Assembly (NCBI GenBank): GCA_963797095.1
Contig: CAWCNY010000003.1
Span: 768,001 to 832,000, forward strand
Direction: 5' to 3'
Origin: an uncultured Chloroflexia bacterium
GTDB lineage: Bacteria > Chloroflexota > Chloroflexia > QHBQ01 > JADMIH01
DNA: 64,000 nt
Within the stretch, counting starts at the first letter, position 1, and each line of letters begins with the position of its first letter. The notes under the pieces were generated by a model, which made no database searches, was not told the DNA's origin, and saw only the letters and a program-made list of their open reading frames with translations. Positions 39,149-50,613 of this stretch are shown here, piece after piece. Both the position numbers and the translations under genes were made by a program.

Positions 39149-42100
39149 TTGATAGTCCTGACAAAGCAGGCGCTAAAGAGGCCGTCGATCACTCTGGTAA
39201 TAGCGGTAGCTACTGTGGTTTTCGGGTTGCTGACGCTCGGCTCGGTAAAGCAAGAGCTTTTCCCCAACATTTCGTTCCCTATCGTCTCGGTCACAACCGT
39301 TTACCCCGGCGCTTCAGCCGAGGTGGTGGACCAGGACGTAACAGCGCCTGTAGAGCATGCCATTTCAGGCATACCAGGCATTCAATCGAGCCAGTCCACT
39401 TCGGCTGAGGGCTTCGCATTCACAATCATCCAGTTCGATGTGAATGCCGACCTGAAAGAAGCCAAAGCCAACGTGCAGGACAAGATCAGCGCGCTCAAGC
39501 TGCCGAGCGGCGTGCAAACCCCACAGGTAGGCACCTTCGACTTTACATCTCTGCCCGCCATCAACGCCAGCGTAAGCGGCAAAGACAACAGCGTCAGCCT
39601 TTCCGATGTTCAATCGCGGATGGAATCAGAGGTGGCACCGGCCCTGTCGGCCATCCCAGGCGTCAGCAATGTGAGCCTGACGGGTGGCGAGCAAACCCAG
39701 GTGCTCGTAACCCTCAACCCCACCAGCCTGGCCCAAAACAACCTGACCCAGCAGCAGATCGTGCAGGTGCTGCAAGCCAACAACCTCCTCTATCCGGTGG
39801 GCACGCTCGATGAAGGCGGGCGCTCGCTGCCCCTGCGCGTGACGCACCAGTACAGCAGCACCGCTGAGATAGCCAACCTGGTGATAGGCATAAAGGGCCT
39901 GAACTTGACGGGCAGCGGCGCGGGCGGAGCGACCGCACCGGGCACGACCGGCACGAACCCCTCACAGACCCAGCCGCACATACCCAATTCCATGCTGCTT
40001 CATTTGAAAGATGTGGCTACTGTTGAATTGAGCAAGACGGGCGGTGCCACCATCACGCGCACCAACGGCCAGCCAAACCTCGGCTTGCAGATATTCACCG
40101 ACCAGAACGCCAATATCGTGGATGTTACGGGCGCGGTGAAGAAAGTGCTCCAGGATGCCCAAAACGCCCAGAGCGACACGCCTATCACCTTCAAGATCAT
40201 CAGCGAGCAGGCCACCACAATCCAGAATTCAATAGGCGGGGTCGCCCAGGAGGGCCTCCTTGGCGCGCTGGTGGCGGTGGTGGTGATCTTCCTCTTCCTC
40301 CTCTCCTTGCGCACCACTCTCATAGCGGCGGTTTCCATACCCGTGTCGGTGGTGGTGGCTCTAATCATGATGCAGTTGCAAGGCTTCTCGCTCAACGTAA
40401 TAACGCTGGGCGGCCTGGCGGTGGCCATCGGGCGCGTGGTGGACGACTCTATCGTGGTGCTCGAAAACATCTACCGCCACGTACGCAAAGGAGACGATGT
40501 CAATACCTCTGTGCTTGAGGGCGTGCGCGAGGTGGCGGGCGCAATCACCACTTCCACCCTGACCACCGTGGCCGTATTCTTGCCCCTCGGGCTGGCGGGT
40601 GGCCTGGTGTCCAAGCTGTTCCTCCCCTTCTCCTTGACCGTCACATACGCCCTGCTGTCATCCCTGCTGGTGGCCCTCACCGTGGTGCCCCTGCTGGCCC
40701 GCCTCTTCATGGGACGGCTGCAAACGGGGGCACACGAAGGTGACACCTGGCTGCAACGCGTCTACACTCCCGTTCTCAAGTGGGCGCTGCGCTACCGCTG
40801 GGCTACGCTGGGGATCGCGGCGCTTCTTTTCGTTGTCAGCATCGGCGTGGCAACCCAGTTGAAGTTCACTTTCATACCCGACACAGCCCAGAAGAATATC
40901 TCCATCAAACTGACCACACCTCCTGGCACCGACCTGCAAACCACCACCGCGAGAGTGTTGCAGGTCGAGGATATAGCCAGAAACCTCCAAAGCCAGGGCA
41001 AAGTGGCCGACATCCAGACCACCATCGGGCAGGGCGGTAACTCGCTCAGCAGCGCCGCTCTGGCGGGCCGTACCGGCACCAGCACCCCCAATCAAGCCTC
41101 CATTACCCTGGCCCTCCCTGCAAACTCGGGCGATCCCCAGGCCCTGGCCGATAGCATCAAAGCGCAGATCGGCCAGATCGGTGGCTTCAACTCGGTAACC
41201 GTCCAAACCGTAGGGGCATCCTCATTCGCAGCAGGTGGGGCCTCAACCGGCCTCGACATTGTGCTTGTCAGCCCCGACCAGGCCGCGCTGCGCGCCGCAA
41301 ACCAGAAGATCCTGGATCGCATCGGCGGCGATAAGGGTGCCGATTTGAACGTGACCAACGTCACCAGCAACCTGGCCGACGTGAAACCCGCTCTCAAAAT
41401 CGACGTTGACCCACAGAAAGCCATCTTGCACGGCACTACCACCGCCCAGGTAGCCCTTCAGATACAATCTCTACTGAACGGCCAGTCCATAGGCAACGTC
41501 ACCCTGGTGGGGCAGGATGCCTCCAACGCGGGCGATGCCGGAAAGCCTCTCAACCTCTTCGTACAGGTGGACCCCGCGTCGATCACCCTCCAAAGCCTGC
41601 GCGATATGAAAGTCGGCACTCTTAACCCCGTGGCCCTCTCCGAGATAGCCACCATCGACGAAGTGCCGGGGGCCATCAGCATCACGCGCATCAACGGCGA
41701 CCAGGCCGCCTCTATCACCGGGCAGATCACCAGCAACGACACCATCAACGTACAGAACCGGGTCGTCTCGGAAATCAAGAAACTAGACCTGCCCGCTGGC
41801 GTACAGGTAAGCGGAGGCGCGCAAGCCCAGTCCCAGGCCCAGGCGCTGGGCGGCCTTGGCACTGCCCTCCTCGTAGCTATCGCCCTGGTCTACATAGTCA
41901 TGCTCTTCTGGTCAGGCTCCTTCCTCAACCCGTTCGTGATCCTCTTCTCGCTGCCCCTTGCCGCCATCGGCGCGATCTGGGGGCTTTTCATCACGGGCAA
42001 GCCGATCGGTATCACCTCGCTCGTAGGTATGCTGATGCTGATCGGTATCGTGGTAACCAACGCCATAGTGTTGCTCGACCTTGTGGAACAGCATAAAGCA

Positions 42101-42403
42101 CGCGGCCTGAATACTTACGACGCCCTTGTGCAGGGAGGCCGCACGAGAGTACGCCCGATCCTGATGACCGCTATCGTCACTATACTGGCGTTGGTGCCGC
42201 TCGCCCTCAGCGTTGGCAGCAGCGATAGCTTCCTGACCTCCGACCTGGCGATCGTGGTGATGGGCGGGCTATTCACCTCCACCTTCCTGACACTGCTTGT
42301 GGTGCCCGTTGTGTATAGCCTGGTTGATGGAGCGCGCGGACGGCTGAGGGGCGGAGCCAGGGTGCCTGCCGCAACGACATCTCAAGCGCCTGAAGCAGCG
42401 TAA
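39149..42403 (+). CDS. RND efflux transporter permease (AcrB/SwrC-like)
   Basis: ELFPNISFP..YPGASAEVV, GRVVDDSIVVLENIYR, GIVVTNAIVLLD, RVRPILMTAIVTILALVPL; TTG start after AAGGAG. Confidence 0.95.
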   Translation: MIVLTKQALKRPSITLVIAVATVVFGLLTLGSVKQELFPNISFPIVSVTTVYPGASAEVVDQDVTAPVEHAISGIPGIQSSQSTSAEGFAFTIIQFDVNADLKEAKANVQDKISALKLPSGVQTPQVGTFDFTSLPAINASVSGKDNSVSLSDVQSRMESEVAPALSAIPGVSNVSLTGGEQTQVLVTLNPTSLAQNNLTQQQIVQVLQANNLLYPVGTLDEGGRSLPLRVTHQYSSTAEIANLVIGIKGLNLTGSGAGGATAPGTTGTNPSQTQPHIPNSMLLHLKDVATVELSKTGGATITRTNGQPNLGLQIFTDQNANIVDVTGAVKKVLQDAQNAQSDTPITFKIISEQATTIQNSIGGVAQEGLLGALVAVVVIFLFLLSLRTTLIAAVSIPVSVVVALIMMQLQGFSLNVITLGGLAVAIGRVVDDSIVVLENIYRHVRKGDDVNTSVLEGVREVAGAITTSTLTTVAVFLPLGLAGGLVSKLFLPFSLTVTYALLSSLLVALTVVPLLARLFMGRLQTGAHEGDTWLQRVYTPVLKWALRYRWATLGIAALLFVVSIGVATQLKFTFIPDTAQKNISIKLTTPPGTDLQTTTARVLQVEDIARNLQSQGKVADIQTTIGQGGNSLSSAALAGRTGTSTPNQASITLALPANSGDPQALADSIKAQIGQIGGFNSVTVQTVGASSFAAGGASTGLDIVLVSPDQAALRAANQKILDRIGGDKGADLNVTNVTSNLADVKPALKIDVDPQKAILHGTTTAQVALQIQSLLNGQSIGNVTLVGQDASNAGDAGKPLNLFVQVDPASITLQSLRDMKVGTLNPVALSEIATIDEVPGAISITRINGDQAASITGQITSNDTINVQNRVVSEIKKLDLPAGVQVSGGAQAQSQAQALGGLGTALLVAIALVYIVMLFWSGSFLNPFVILFSLPLAAIGAIWGLFITGKPIGITSLVGMLMLIGIVVTNAIVLLDLVEQHKARGLNTYDALVQGGRTRVRPILMTAIVTILALVPLALSVGSSDSFLTSDLAIVVMGGLFTSTFLTLLVVPVVYSLVDGARGRLRGGARVPAATTSQAPEAA

Positions 42404-42437
42404 CCAGCGTAAGAATAAGGTGGCTGTAAATTACAGA

Positions 42438-42481
42438 AGCAAACAAACACCTGCTCGGCACCGAGCAGGTGTTTGTTTGCT
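42438..42481 (+). terminator. Long perfect hairpin after the RND gene, likely intrinsic terminator
   Basis: AGCAAACAAACACCTGCTCGG-CA-CCGAGCAGGTGTTTGTTTGCT (21-bp arms, U-rich 3' arm). Confidence 0.75.
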
Positions 42482-42558
42482 GGAGTTCCTCATACCCAAC
42501 AGGCCACGACCGTGGAAACCTGTGATACACTATAGAAGCGAGAAGTGGGTAGGCTGGT

Positions 42559-44205
42559 ATGAGTGTGGAATCGAGCGTCAATAGCAGCATAGCTGATCAA
42601 GAGGAGCCGGTGCGCGCCTTACTTCAGGATGCGCTGATGCTGCCTGCACCACTCAACACCAACATTCACAAAAGCGATCAGATGTACAATTTCATCACTT
42701 CCGCTCGTGGAAGCGAATTGATCGCCCGCTCCGAGTACTTCACTTCCGGCGTCTATTTGCTTAAGATAGTCGAACAACTGGTCCTATGGAAGTTCGGCTC
42801 ATTTGAAGGCGTGCGGTCGTTTCTCGACTTCGCCAGCGGCTACGGCAGGCTCACCCGGTTCCTCGTACAGGACCTGCCCGCTGAGCGCATCTGGGTGTCC
42901 GATATTCAAGCCGAGGCGGTGGCTTTTCAGCGATCTGAGCTCGGAGTGCATGGCTTTGTCTCCACCCTCGATCCCGACGCCCTGGAATGCGATGAGCTAT
43001 TCGACTGCATCTTTGTGGTCTCCCTCTTCAGCCATCTCCCACCCACAACATTCGTCCGGTGGTTGAAGAAACTCTACAGCCTGCTAAAGCCCGGTGGGCT
43101 ACTTGCTTTCACGGTGCATGACGAGAGCGGCCTGGCAGCGAGCGAAGCAATGCCCGACAGCGGCATCTCCTTCTCAGAAGGAAGCGAGATCGACTCGCTC
43201 GATACACAAGACTACGGCCGCACAATAGTTACAGAAGCTTTCGTACGCCGCTCCATCACCGAAGCCACCGGACGCCCGGTTTACAGGCGTATCCCATTCG
43301 GGATGCTGTTGCACCAGGATATCTACCTTGTCGCCAACGAGCCATCATCCGACTTTTCCGGCCTGCATTTCTCCTATTTACCTCATGGCGCGGTCGATTA
43401 TGCCCTGTGGAGGGGGCCGAATGAGCTATATGTGCGGGGCTGGGCCGCAGATATGGACGAGGCACGTCCGCCCGTCGAAGTGCATATTTTCGTCGATGGG
43501 CAGCTCCGCCAGAAATGCACCCCCTCTATCTTTCGCACCGATGTGCGCGAGCACTTCAAGGACGACAGGTTTCTTCATGCAGGGTGGGACTGTTCCTGCC
43601 ACTTCACCGATAACGACCCCACCCGGCTGCTCACGATAAAGGCCATATCGGGTAGCGGGGTCGAATCGCTCCTCTATATCGGCGCTATCGCCCCGCTTCT
43701 GCCTGCTGGCAAGGCCGAACTGTGCCTCTGGATAAAGCCGGGCGAGCTATACGTGAAGGGGTGGGCTGCCGATGCATCCGGCTACGACTCACCTGTGGAG
43801 GTAGAGATATCGGTGAACCGGCAGCTTCGGCAAAGGGTCAAGCCCTCCGTGTACCGCCCGGAGTTGTACGAGCACTTTCAAGACGACAGATTCTTACGCG
43901 CCGGCTGGGAATGCCTCTGCCGGCTGGACGAGAGCGATCCGAGCCAGGAGATAGTGGTGAAAAGCAAATCGGGCGGCGGGGAGTCGCTGCTTTATCGCGG
44001 TACAATTGGCGCGCTTGAAGCGCAGGGCGATATCGCATTCGGCCAGCTACGCGAAGCGCTGATCCGCTTGCAGGCCGACCTGCACCGTCGCCTGGAGTAT
44101 ATCAGGCACCTTGAGACCGAAATAGCCCACAAAAACGAGGCGTTGGCGAATCTGGAAACCAACGAGCGTCGCTGGCCCTGGCAGCGCCGCCCGCCTCTCA
44201 GTTAG
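42559..44205 (+). CDS. Class I SAM-dependent methyltransferase with two tandem beta-rich repeats and C-terminal coiled coil
   Basis: FLDFASGYGRLTRFL, FDCIFVVSLFSHL, LKPGGLLAFT; repeats starting 43387 and 43708; heptad-like tail. Confidence 0.88.
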   Translation: MSVESSVNSSIADQEEPVRALLQDALMLPAPLNTNIHKSDQMYNFITSARGSELIARSEYFTSGVYLLKIVEQLVLWKFGSFEGVRSFLDFASGYGRLTRFLVQDLPAERIWVSDIQAEAVAFQRSELGVHGFVSTLDPDALECDELFDCIFVVSLFSHLPPTTFVRWLKKLYSLLKPGGLLAFTVHDESGLAASEAMPDSGISFSEGSEIDSLDTQDYGRTIVTEAFVRRSITEATGRPVYRRIPFGMLLHQDIYLVANEPSSDFSGLHFSYLPHGAVDYALWRGPNELYVRGWAADMDEARPPVEVHIFVDGQLRQKCTPSIFRTDVREHFKDDRFLHAGWDCSCHFTDNDPTRLLTIKAISGSGVESLLYIGAIAPLLPAGKAELCLWIKPGELYVKGWAADASGYDSPVEVEISVNRQLRQRVKPSVYRPELYEHFQDDRFLRAGWECLCRLDESDPSQEIVVKSKSGGGESLLYRGTIGALEAQGDIAFGQLREALIRLQADLHRRLEYIRHLETEIAHKNEALANLETNERRWPWQRRPPLS

Positions 44206-44630
44206 CAGCGCCTACCTGGGCGTGATTCGAGGCCAAACTCTTACCTTTTGGCTACATTCCACATCGGAAAACTGTGATACACTATAGAGGGTGGGCGACA
44301 GCAGTGTAGGAACCCGCAAGGGCTTGCGCACGCGAGCTTCACTGCCTATCTTTCTCTATAGATGCGTAAATTGGAAGATCCGGCCCCGGATTTGTGCTCC
44401 AGTTGGGATATGTCGCACTACTATATGTTAACGCTCTTGTATTGAATTTTCGCTGGGAGATTTACGAAACGCATCTGATAGTGTAAACTGGAAGACAGTC
44501 TTGAGGTGATCCGGGCTCAGTACGCAATACGCAATACGCAGTCCCTGCCTCGCTCACCCCAGGAATTCAATCCAAAGCCTTTCATTACTCGCCCGTTTCA
44601 ACTTGGTTTCGCTTTGCATGGAGGCACCTA

Positions 44631-47600
44631 ATGAACCGGCAAACACTCAGGCCACGACTGCGAGCGTGGTCCTTCTTCTTTGCCTTGACGCTGGCGCTGC
44701 TTATTGTCGATCAAGGCTTATCGCCTATGATAAGCTCGTTCGCCGCCGGCGCCGCGGCGAACAGTACCGGCAGCCCGGCAGCTATCGTCACCGCCAATGA
44801 GCCTTTGGCGGCTTCCCTGCCCGTCCAGGAAGCGGCTCTGCCCATCTCCTCGGCCGCCAGCGCCCTGCAAGCGCCGAGCAATTCAGCGCCTGTGGCAGCG
44901 GCCCCCGATGCCGTTACTATTACTGCCACCAAGCGCGACGGCATAGCGGTTGACCTCAACAGCGACGGCAACGTCAACCCTGGCGACACCATAAGCTACA
45001 CCGTCACGATCACCAACAGCGGCACCAGCGACGCCACGGGGGTGGTGTTCAGCGACCCCATTGATCCGAACACCACCCTGGTAGCAGGCTCAATTGATGT
45101 CGGGCCTATCGCCTTCAACGACGTTTACACCACCGTAGGCAACACCGTGCTGGCCGTCGGCGTGTCCGAGGCCGGGCCGCACGTGACCCTTCCCTCTACA
45201 AGCGGCCTGCTCGCCAACGACGTAGACATCGACGGGGCCATTACCCTCACCTCCGCCAGCGGCAGCAGTTCCCAGGGCGGCACCGTCACGGCCAGCTCCG
45301 ACGGCACTTTCCGCTACCTGCCGCCCGTCGGCTTCACCGGCACCGATACCTTCCAGTACACCATCAGCGACGCCCAGAACCTCAACAGCGTCGCCACCGC
45401 CACCATCAACGTGGTCAATCGCGTCTGGTACGTGAACAATGCCCTCGGCTCCAACGGCGACGGGCGCTCCTCGTCGCCGTTCAACGCCCTCACCAACGTC
45501 AACGGCGCGGGCGGCGTGGGCGACTCCGATGGGCCTAACGACTACATCTACTTATTTACGGGCAGCGGCAACTACACGGGCGGCCTGCCCCTGGAGGCCA
45601 GCCAGACCCTCATCGGGGAGGGGGTAGCCCTGGTAGTGAGCGGCTTCATCCTCAACGCTGCAGGCTCGCGGCCAACGATCACCAACTCCGGCGGCGACGC
45701 TATAGCGCTCAGCACCAACAACACGATCTCCGGCCTGAACGTGCTAACCGGCGGGGCGGCTCTGTTCGGAGTTCGCGGCACAAGCGTGGGCACCCTCACA
45801 ATCAACAACGCCTCGATCAGCGGGGCGGGCCAACCTGTTGACATCGTGACAGGCGCGCTCGCCGTCACATTTGACAGCATCTCCACCACGAGCAGCAGCA
45901 ACAGGGGCGTGAACCTCGATACCGTAACAGGCTCGTTCGCGGGCAACGGCGGCTCCCTAGCGGGCATCACCGGCACAGCCTTCAGGGTGAACGCAGGCAC
46001 AGCTACCGTCTCCTACTCCGGCACGCTCACCAATACGGCGGGCCTCTCGGTGCAGGTCACCAACCGCTCAGGCGGCAGCGCCACCTTCAGCGGCGCGATC
46101 ACCGACACCGGCACCGGCATTTCGCTCACGAGCAACACAGGCTCAACCGTCACATTCTCAGGCGGTATCTCGGCCAGCACAGGCGCGAACACCGCCTTCA
46201 CCGCCACCGGCGGCGGCACAGTCAACGTCACCGGCGGCAACGTGCTCACCACCACCACGGCCACAGCCCTCAACGTAGCCAACACCACCATCGGCGCGAG
46301 CAACATCAACTTCCGCAGCATAGCCTCCAACGGCGCGGCCAGCGGCATAATCTTGAATAACACGGGCGCAAGCGGCGGCCTGGTAGTCACCGGGGGAAGC
46401 ACCGCCGGCAGCGGCGGCACGATCCAGAACTCGACAGGCGATGGCATGTCGTTGCAGAGCACGCGCAATGTATCTCTCAGCTACATGAGCATCACCAACA
46501 ACAACGGCAACGGTATCTTCGGCAACCAGCTTACCAACTTCACGATAGCCAACAGCGGCGTCACCAACAACGACGCCGACAACGTGGGCACCGCCGAGGC
46601 GGGCCTCCGCTTCGGAGTGCTCCTCGGCACCTGCGCCATCACCAACACCACCGTCAGCGGCACCAAGGGCGACAACATCCGCATGGACCCGAGCAGCGGC
46701 ACCCTCACCAACCTCACCATCAGCGGTTCCACCATCGGCCCCAACCCCGTCGGCACGGGCGGCAACGGGCTTGCCCTGGTCACCACCGGCAGCGCCGTCG
46801 CCACCATCACGGTCAACGGGTCGAGCCTCTTCACGGGCAACCAGGCGAGCGGCTTCCTGACCACCATCGCGGGCGGCACCTCGGCCACCATCAACATCAG
46901 CAACTCCACCTTCCAGGACAACAACATCAACGTTGACCTGGGGAGCAGCGGCACCGGCGCTCAAGTCATCAACGTCAGCAACAACACCCTCCTGCGGGCC
47001 ATCTCTAACTCGATGAACATCGTCGGCGACGGCGACATCGACGGCACTATCACCGGCAACACCATCGGCAACGGCCTTGCCGACTCTGGTTCGCGCGACG
47101 CTTACGATATAGGTGTAAGCCACCGCAGTAATCTGGGCTGGCGGCTCGCGATCACCAATAACATCGTGCGTCACAGCGACTTCGAGGGGATCTTCGTCCG
47201 CTCAGGCGATATTACCGGCACCTCCGGCACCCTGGACCTCACGGTGACGGGCAACACGGTCTCTCCGCCCGACGACAACTCAGGCTTCCCGGCCTCCCCA
47301 CGAGGTATTTACGTCCGCTCGCGTCAGAACACCTCCCTTTGCGCTTACATCGCCAACAACGAGAGCCAGGGTAACGGCAACGCGGGCTTCCACCTTCAGG
47401 AGAGCGATGCCTCCGCCTTGAGATTGCAAGGCTTCACCGTAGACGGGGCCACCACCATAACGGCCAACGGCAACCACACCAATGGGGGCGCGCCAACCAC
47501 CACTACCTTCGGTGAGCCGTTCGCTGGCGGCTGCACAGTGCTGCCTCCTCCTGAGCCGAACTCGCCCGATGCCTCGCAGGATGCGGGCACCACAACCCCG

Positions 47601-49940
47601 GTAGACACGACCACCCCCTCACAGGGCGACGAGAACGAGTCCAAAGCTACCCCCAACAGCACTGGCACCAGAGACGCCAGGCAGATGCCCCTCGCCGAGA
47701 ACAGCAGCGCCGCCAAAGCCGAGGACCAGGCCAGCGGCACCGCTACCACTGCTACCACTACCACTACCACTACCACTACCACTACCACTACCACTACCAC
47801 CAAATCCAACGCCCAACCCACCACCGGCTCCAAGTCGAATCCGCAGGGCACACCTCAGTCAAAACCCCAGGCACCTGAGCTGGCATCCTTCCCCGCCAAC
47901 ATCGGCACTCTGCCCGCGGGCCAGCACATGACCATCATCTTCAGGGTGACGGTCAACGGGCCGCCGATCCCCGCCGGGGTGAATAACGTATCCAACCAGG
48001 GCACGATCTCGGGCTCCAACTTCTCCAACGTGCTCACCGATGACCCCGACACCGGCGCTCCCAATGACCCCACACTGACCGTGGTGGTGGCCGTGCCCGA
48101 CCTCTCTCTCAGCAAGGCCGACAGCGGGGCCACCTTCACAATAGGCCAGGTCGTCACCTACACGCTGGCTTACAGCAGCACCGGCACCCAGGGAGCCAGC
48201 GGCGTGGTGCTGACCGACACCGTGCCCCTCAACACCTCGTTCAACGCCGGGTCGAGCAGCGGAGGGTGGGCTTGCACGCCCAACGGCAACGCGGGCGGCG
48301 TTTGCACCAACCCTATTGGCGCGCTCCCCTCGGGCACAAACGGCTCCAAGATCTTCGCGCTCAATATACTTGCGGGTTTCCCGCCGGGTAGTAACGTCTT
48401 CACCAACACAGCCCAGATCGGCGATGACCACGCGAACGGCAACGATCCTACACCCGCCAACAACACCGCCAGCGATATGACATTTGTGTTCGTGCCAACA
48501 CCTACGCCCACCAACACTCCCACAAATACGCCCACCAATACACCTACCAACACACCAACGGACACTCCAACCAACACACCCACCAATACCCCAACCAATA
48601 CCCCAACCAGCACCGCCACCAACACAAACACGCCCACCGATACTCCTACAAATACGCCAACCAGCACCCCTACCGACACCCCGACCAATACCCCTACCGA
48701 CACCCCGACCAATACCCCTACCGACACCAACACTCCTACAAACACCCCTACGGTAACGCCCACGCCCACCGACACCCCGACCAACACCCCGACTGAAACT
48801 CCAACTAACACCCCCACAGATACACCGACAGTCACCCCCACCAACTCGCCTACAGATACTCCAACTCCTACCGACACGCCTACAAACACCCCAACAGATA
48901 CACCTACAAACACTCCTACCGATACCCCCACAAGCACGAACACCCCTACCGATACCCCCACAAGCACCAACACACCGACCGGCACACCAACTAACACCCC
49001 GACCAATACCCCCACAGATACACCCACCAGCACCGCCACCAACACAAACACCCCTACCGATACTCCTACCAACACGCCGACCTTCACGGCCACCAATACC
49101 GCCACAAATACGCCTACAGGCACCCTGACACCACAGCCGACCAATACGAGTACAAACACCCCAACCAATCCGCCAGGCAGCACGAACACACCAACCAACA
49201 CCGCCACCGACACCCCCACGGCCCCGGCGGCAACGAGCACGCAAACCAACATACCTGGAAACACGCCAACCAGCACGGCCAGCCCCACCGCCTGCGTCTT
49301 GAGCTTTACCGACGTCACACCCGACGATTGGTTCTACGAGTACGTTCAGTATCTGTACTGCCACGGTGTGGTCAACGGGTACAATACCAATCCGCCCTGC
49401 ACCACCGGCACCCCGTGCTTCAGGCCTGACGACGCTACCACAAGGGGCCAGATAGCCAAGATCGCGGTGCTGACCTTTGGCTTCACGATAGACACGACGG
49501 GAGGGCCTCACTTCTCCGATGTGGAGGTAGGCTCAACCTTCTACTCATATATCGAGACCGCCTATAACCTGGGCATCGTCAACGGCTACTCGGACCGCAC
49601 CTACAGGCCCGCCAACAACGTGACCAGGGGCCAGATAGCCAAGATCGTGGTGAACGCGGCCATCATCGCGGACCCCGGCCACTGGACTCTCTTGAACCCA
49701 GGCACCAACACCTTCCAGGACGTGGCGGTAGGCTCAACCTTCTTCCGGTGGATCGAAACGGCTTACGCTCACAACTTGATAGAGGGCTATCCTTGCGGCG
49801 GTCCCGGCGAGCCGTGCGGCACTGGCAACAAGCCCTACTTCAGGCCAGGTGCAGATGCCACCAGGGCGCAGATCAGCAAGATCGCTTACCTGTCGGTGAC
49901 AGATACTGCCCTAAAGCGAGGGCAAGTGTTTCAGCGCTGA
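44631..49940 (+). CDS. Large SLH surface protein: DUF11-like and cadherin/Ig-like domains, beta-helix, poly-Thr, long Pro/Thr linker, SLH domains
   Basis: [59 protein letters not shown] repeats, [19 protein letters not shown]; SD GGAGG. Confidence 0.9.
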   Translation: MNRQTLRPRLRAWSFFFALTLALLIVDQGLSPMISSFAAGAAANSTGSPAAIVTANEPLAASLPVQEAALPISSAASALQAPSNSAPVAAAPDAVTITATKRDGIAVDLNSDGNVNPGDTISYTVTITNSGTSDATGVVFSDPIDPNTTLVAGSIDVGPIAFNDVYTTVGNTVLAVGVSEAGPHVTLPSTSGLLANDVDIDGAITLTSASGSSSQGGTVTASSDGTFRYLPPVGFTGTDTFQYTISDAQNLNSVATATINVVNRVWYVNNALGSNGDGRSSSPFNALTNVNGAGGVGDSDGPNDYIYLFTGSGNYTGGLPLEASQTLIGEGVALVVSGFILNAAGSRPTITNSGGDAIALSTNNTISGLNVLTGGAALFGVRGTSVGTLTINNASISGAGQPVDIVTGALAVTFDSISTTSSSNRGVNLDTVTGSFAGNGGSLAGITGTAFRVNAGTATVSYSGTLTNTAGLSVQVTNRSGGSATFSGAITDTGTGISLTSNTGSTVTFSGGISASTGANTAFTATGGGTVNVTGGNVLTTTTATALNVANTTIGASNINFRSIASNGAASGIILNNTGASGGLVVTGGSTAGSGGTIQNSTGDGMSLQSTRNVSLSYMSITNNNGNGIFGNQLTNFTIANSGVTNNDADNVGTAEAGLRFGVLLGTCAITNTTVSGTKGDNIRMDPSSGTLTNLTISGSTIGPNPVGTGGNGLALVTTGSAVATITVNGSSLFTGNQASGFLTTIAGGTSATINISNSTFQDNNINVDLGSSGTGAQVINVSNNTLLRAISNSMNIVGDGDIDGTITGNTIGNGLADSGSRDAYDIGVSHRSNLGWRLAITNNIVRHSDFEGIFVRSGDITGTSGTLDLTVTGNTVSPPDDNSGFPASPRGIYVRSRQNTSLCAYIANNESQGNGNAGFHLQESDASALRLQGFTVDGATTITANGNHTNGGAPTTTTFGEPFAGGCTVLPPPEPNSPDASQDAGTTTPVDTTTPSQGDENESKATPNSTGTRDARQMPLAENSSAAKAEDQASGTATTATTTTTTTTTTTTTTTTKSNAQPTTGSKSNPQGTPQSKPQAPELASFPANIGTLPAGQHMTIIFRVTVNGPPIPAGVNNVSNQGTISGSNFSNVLTDDPDTGAPNDPTLTVVVAVPDLSLSKADSGATFTIGQVVTYTLAYSSTGTQGASGVVLTDTVPLNTSFNAGSSSGGWACTPNGNAGGVCTNPIGALPSGTNGSKIFALNILAGFPPGSNVFTNTAQIGDDHANGNDPTPANNTASDMTFVFVPTPTPTNTPTNTPTNTPTNTPTDTPTNTPTNTPTNTPTSTATNTNTPTDTPTNTPTSTPTDTPTNTPTDTPTNTPTDTNTPTNTPTVTPTPTDTPTNTPTETPTNTPTDTPTVTPTNSPTDTPTPTDTPTNTPTDTPTNTPTDTPTSTNTPTDTPTSTNTPTGTPTNTPTNTPTDTPTSTATNTNTPTDTPTNTPTFTATNTATNTPTGTLTPQPTNTSTNTPTNPPGSTNTPTNTATDTPTAPAATSTQTNIPGNTPTSTASPTACVLSFTDVTPDDWFYEYVQYLYCHGVVNGYNTNPPCTTGTPCFRPDDATTRGQIAKIAVLTFGFTIDTTGGPHFSDVEVGSTFYSYIETAYNLGIVNGYSDRTYRPANNVTRGQIAKIVVNAAIIADPGHWTLLNPGTNTFQDVAVGSTFFRWIETAYAHNLIEGYPCGGPGEPCGTGNKPYFRPGADATRAQISKIAYLSVTDTALKRGQVFQR
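47754..47801 (+). repeat. ACCACT hexanucleotide microsatellite encoding 16 Thr
   Basis: 7 perfect ACCACT copies plus ACCACC. Confidence 0.9.
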
Positions 49941-49971
49941 GCGAAAGAGCCAGGGTCGCATGATCTGAATT

Positions 49972-50009
49972 TAAAAAAGCCAATGGCGAAACTGCCATTG
50001 GCTTTTTTA
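49972..50009. terminator. Bidirectional intrinsic terminator
   Basis: TAAAAAAGCCAATGGC-GAAACT-GCCATTGGCTTTTTTA between convergent genes. Confidence 0.9.
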
Positions 50010-50022
50010 GATTGCTATTCCC

Positions 50023-50448
50023 CTAAGATCCGGGCCTGGTGGGGAGACGGAAGATCCGACCGGCCACACCGTAGCCGCCATCTGCCACGTCCAGGATGTA
50101 ACACGTTACCCGCGTGCGGCTCTCATTCAGGGCCTTTCCCTCAATATCGGCGATAGCCTGTGTGACATCAGCAACCAGCCCCGCCTTGCTCTCGGCGTTG
50201 AGCACCCCTTCGGGCACCGTCACCACCACCCGGTAGCGCGGCTGGTCGAACAGCGTGGCGAGCTTGCCGCCGACCGCGTGCCCGTCGGGCGGCATATCGT
50301 GAATGTAGGCCCAGGCAAAGGCCTTGTTTGGCGAATCCTGCGGCACGCCCTCCCACTTAAAGAGCAGGTCGGTCAGAGTGCTCATCAGGGAGGCTTTCTT
50401 GCCCGACTCCATGGCACCGGCCGGCACATAGAGATCAAGTTGTGGCAC
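50023..50448 (-). CDS. Tautomerase superfamily protein (Pro-1)
   Basis: GTG-CCA start after AAAGGAG gives PQLDLYVP; two beta-alpha-beta units. Confidence 0.8.
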   Translation of the reverse strand: MPQLDLYVPAGAMESGKKASLMSTLTDLLFKWEGVPQDSPNKAFAWAYIHDMPPDGHAVGGKLATLFDQPRYRVVVTVPEGVLNAESKAGLVADVTQAIADIEGKALNESRTRVTCYILDVADGGYGVAGRIFRLPTRPGS

Positions 50449-50545
50449 GACGAAAACTCCTTTCATGCGCTGCACGAGTAATATTGTTAGCGGTTCACAC
50501 TCCGACCATCATAAGGGTTGGTAACGCCCATGATTAGGATTTTAT

Positions 50546-50583
50546 ACTAGAATATAATTCTTGTCGAGTGGCTGTGCTATAAT
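50546..50583 (+). promoter_or_regulatory. Probable TetR operator and extended -10
   Basis: ACTAGAAT-ATA-ATTCTTGT imperfect palindrome (50546-50564); TG-C-TATAAT ending at 50583. Confidence 0.55.
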
Positions 50584-50613
50584 TTGGCAAATAAGTGAGA
50601 GGCGAGTGACACG

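Noticed and set aside
47859-49511. Long antisense ORFs (550 aa and 382 aa)
   Set aside because: Shadows of the Pro/Thr repeat region of the SLH gene; low-complexity V/G or R/G/C content
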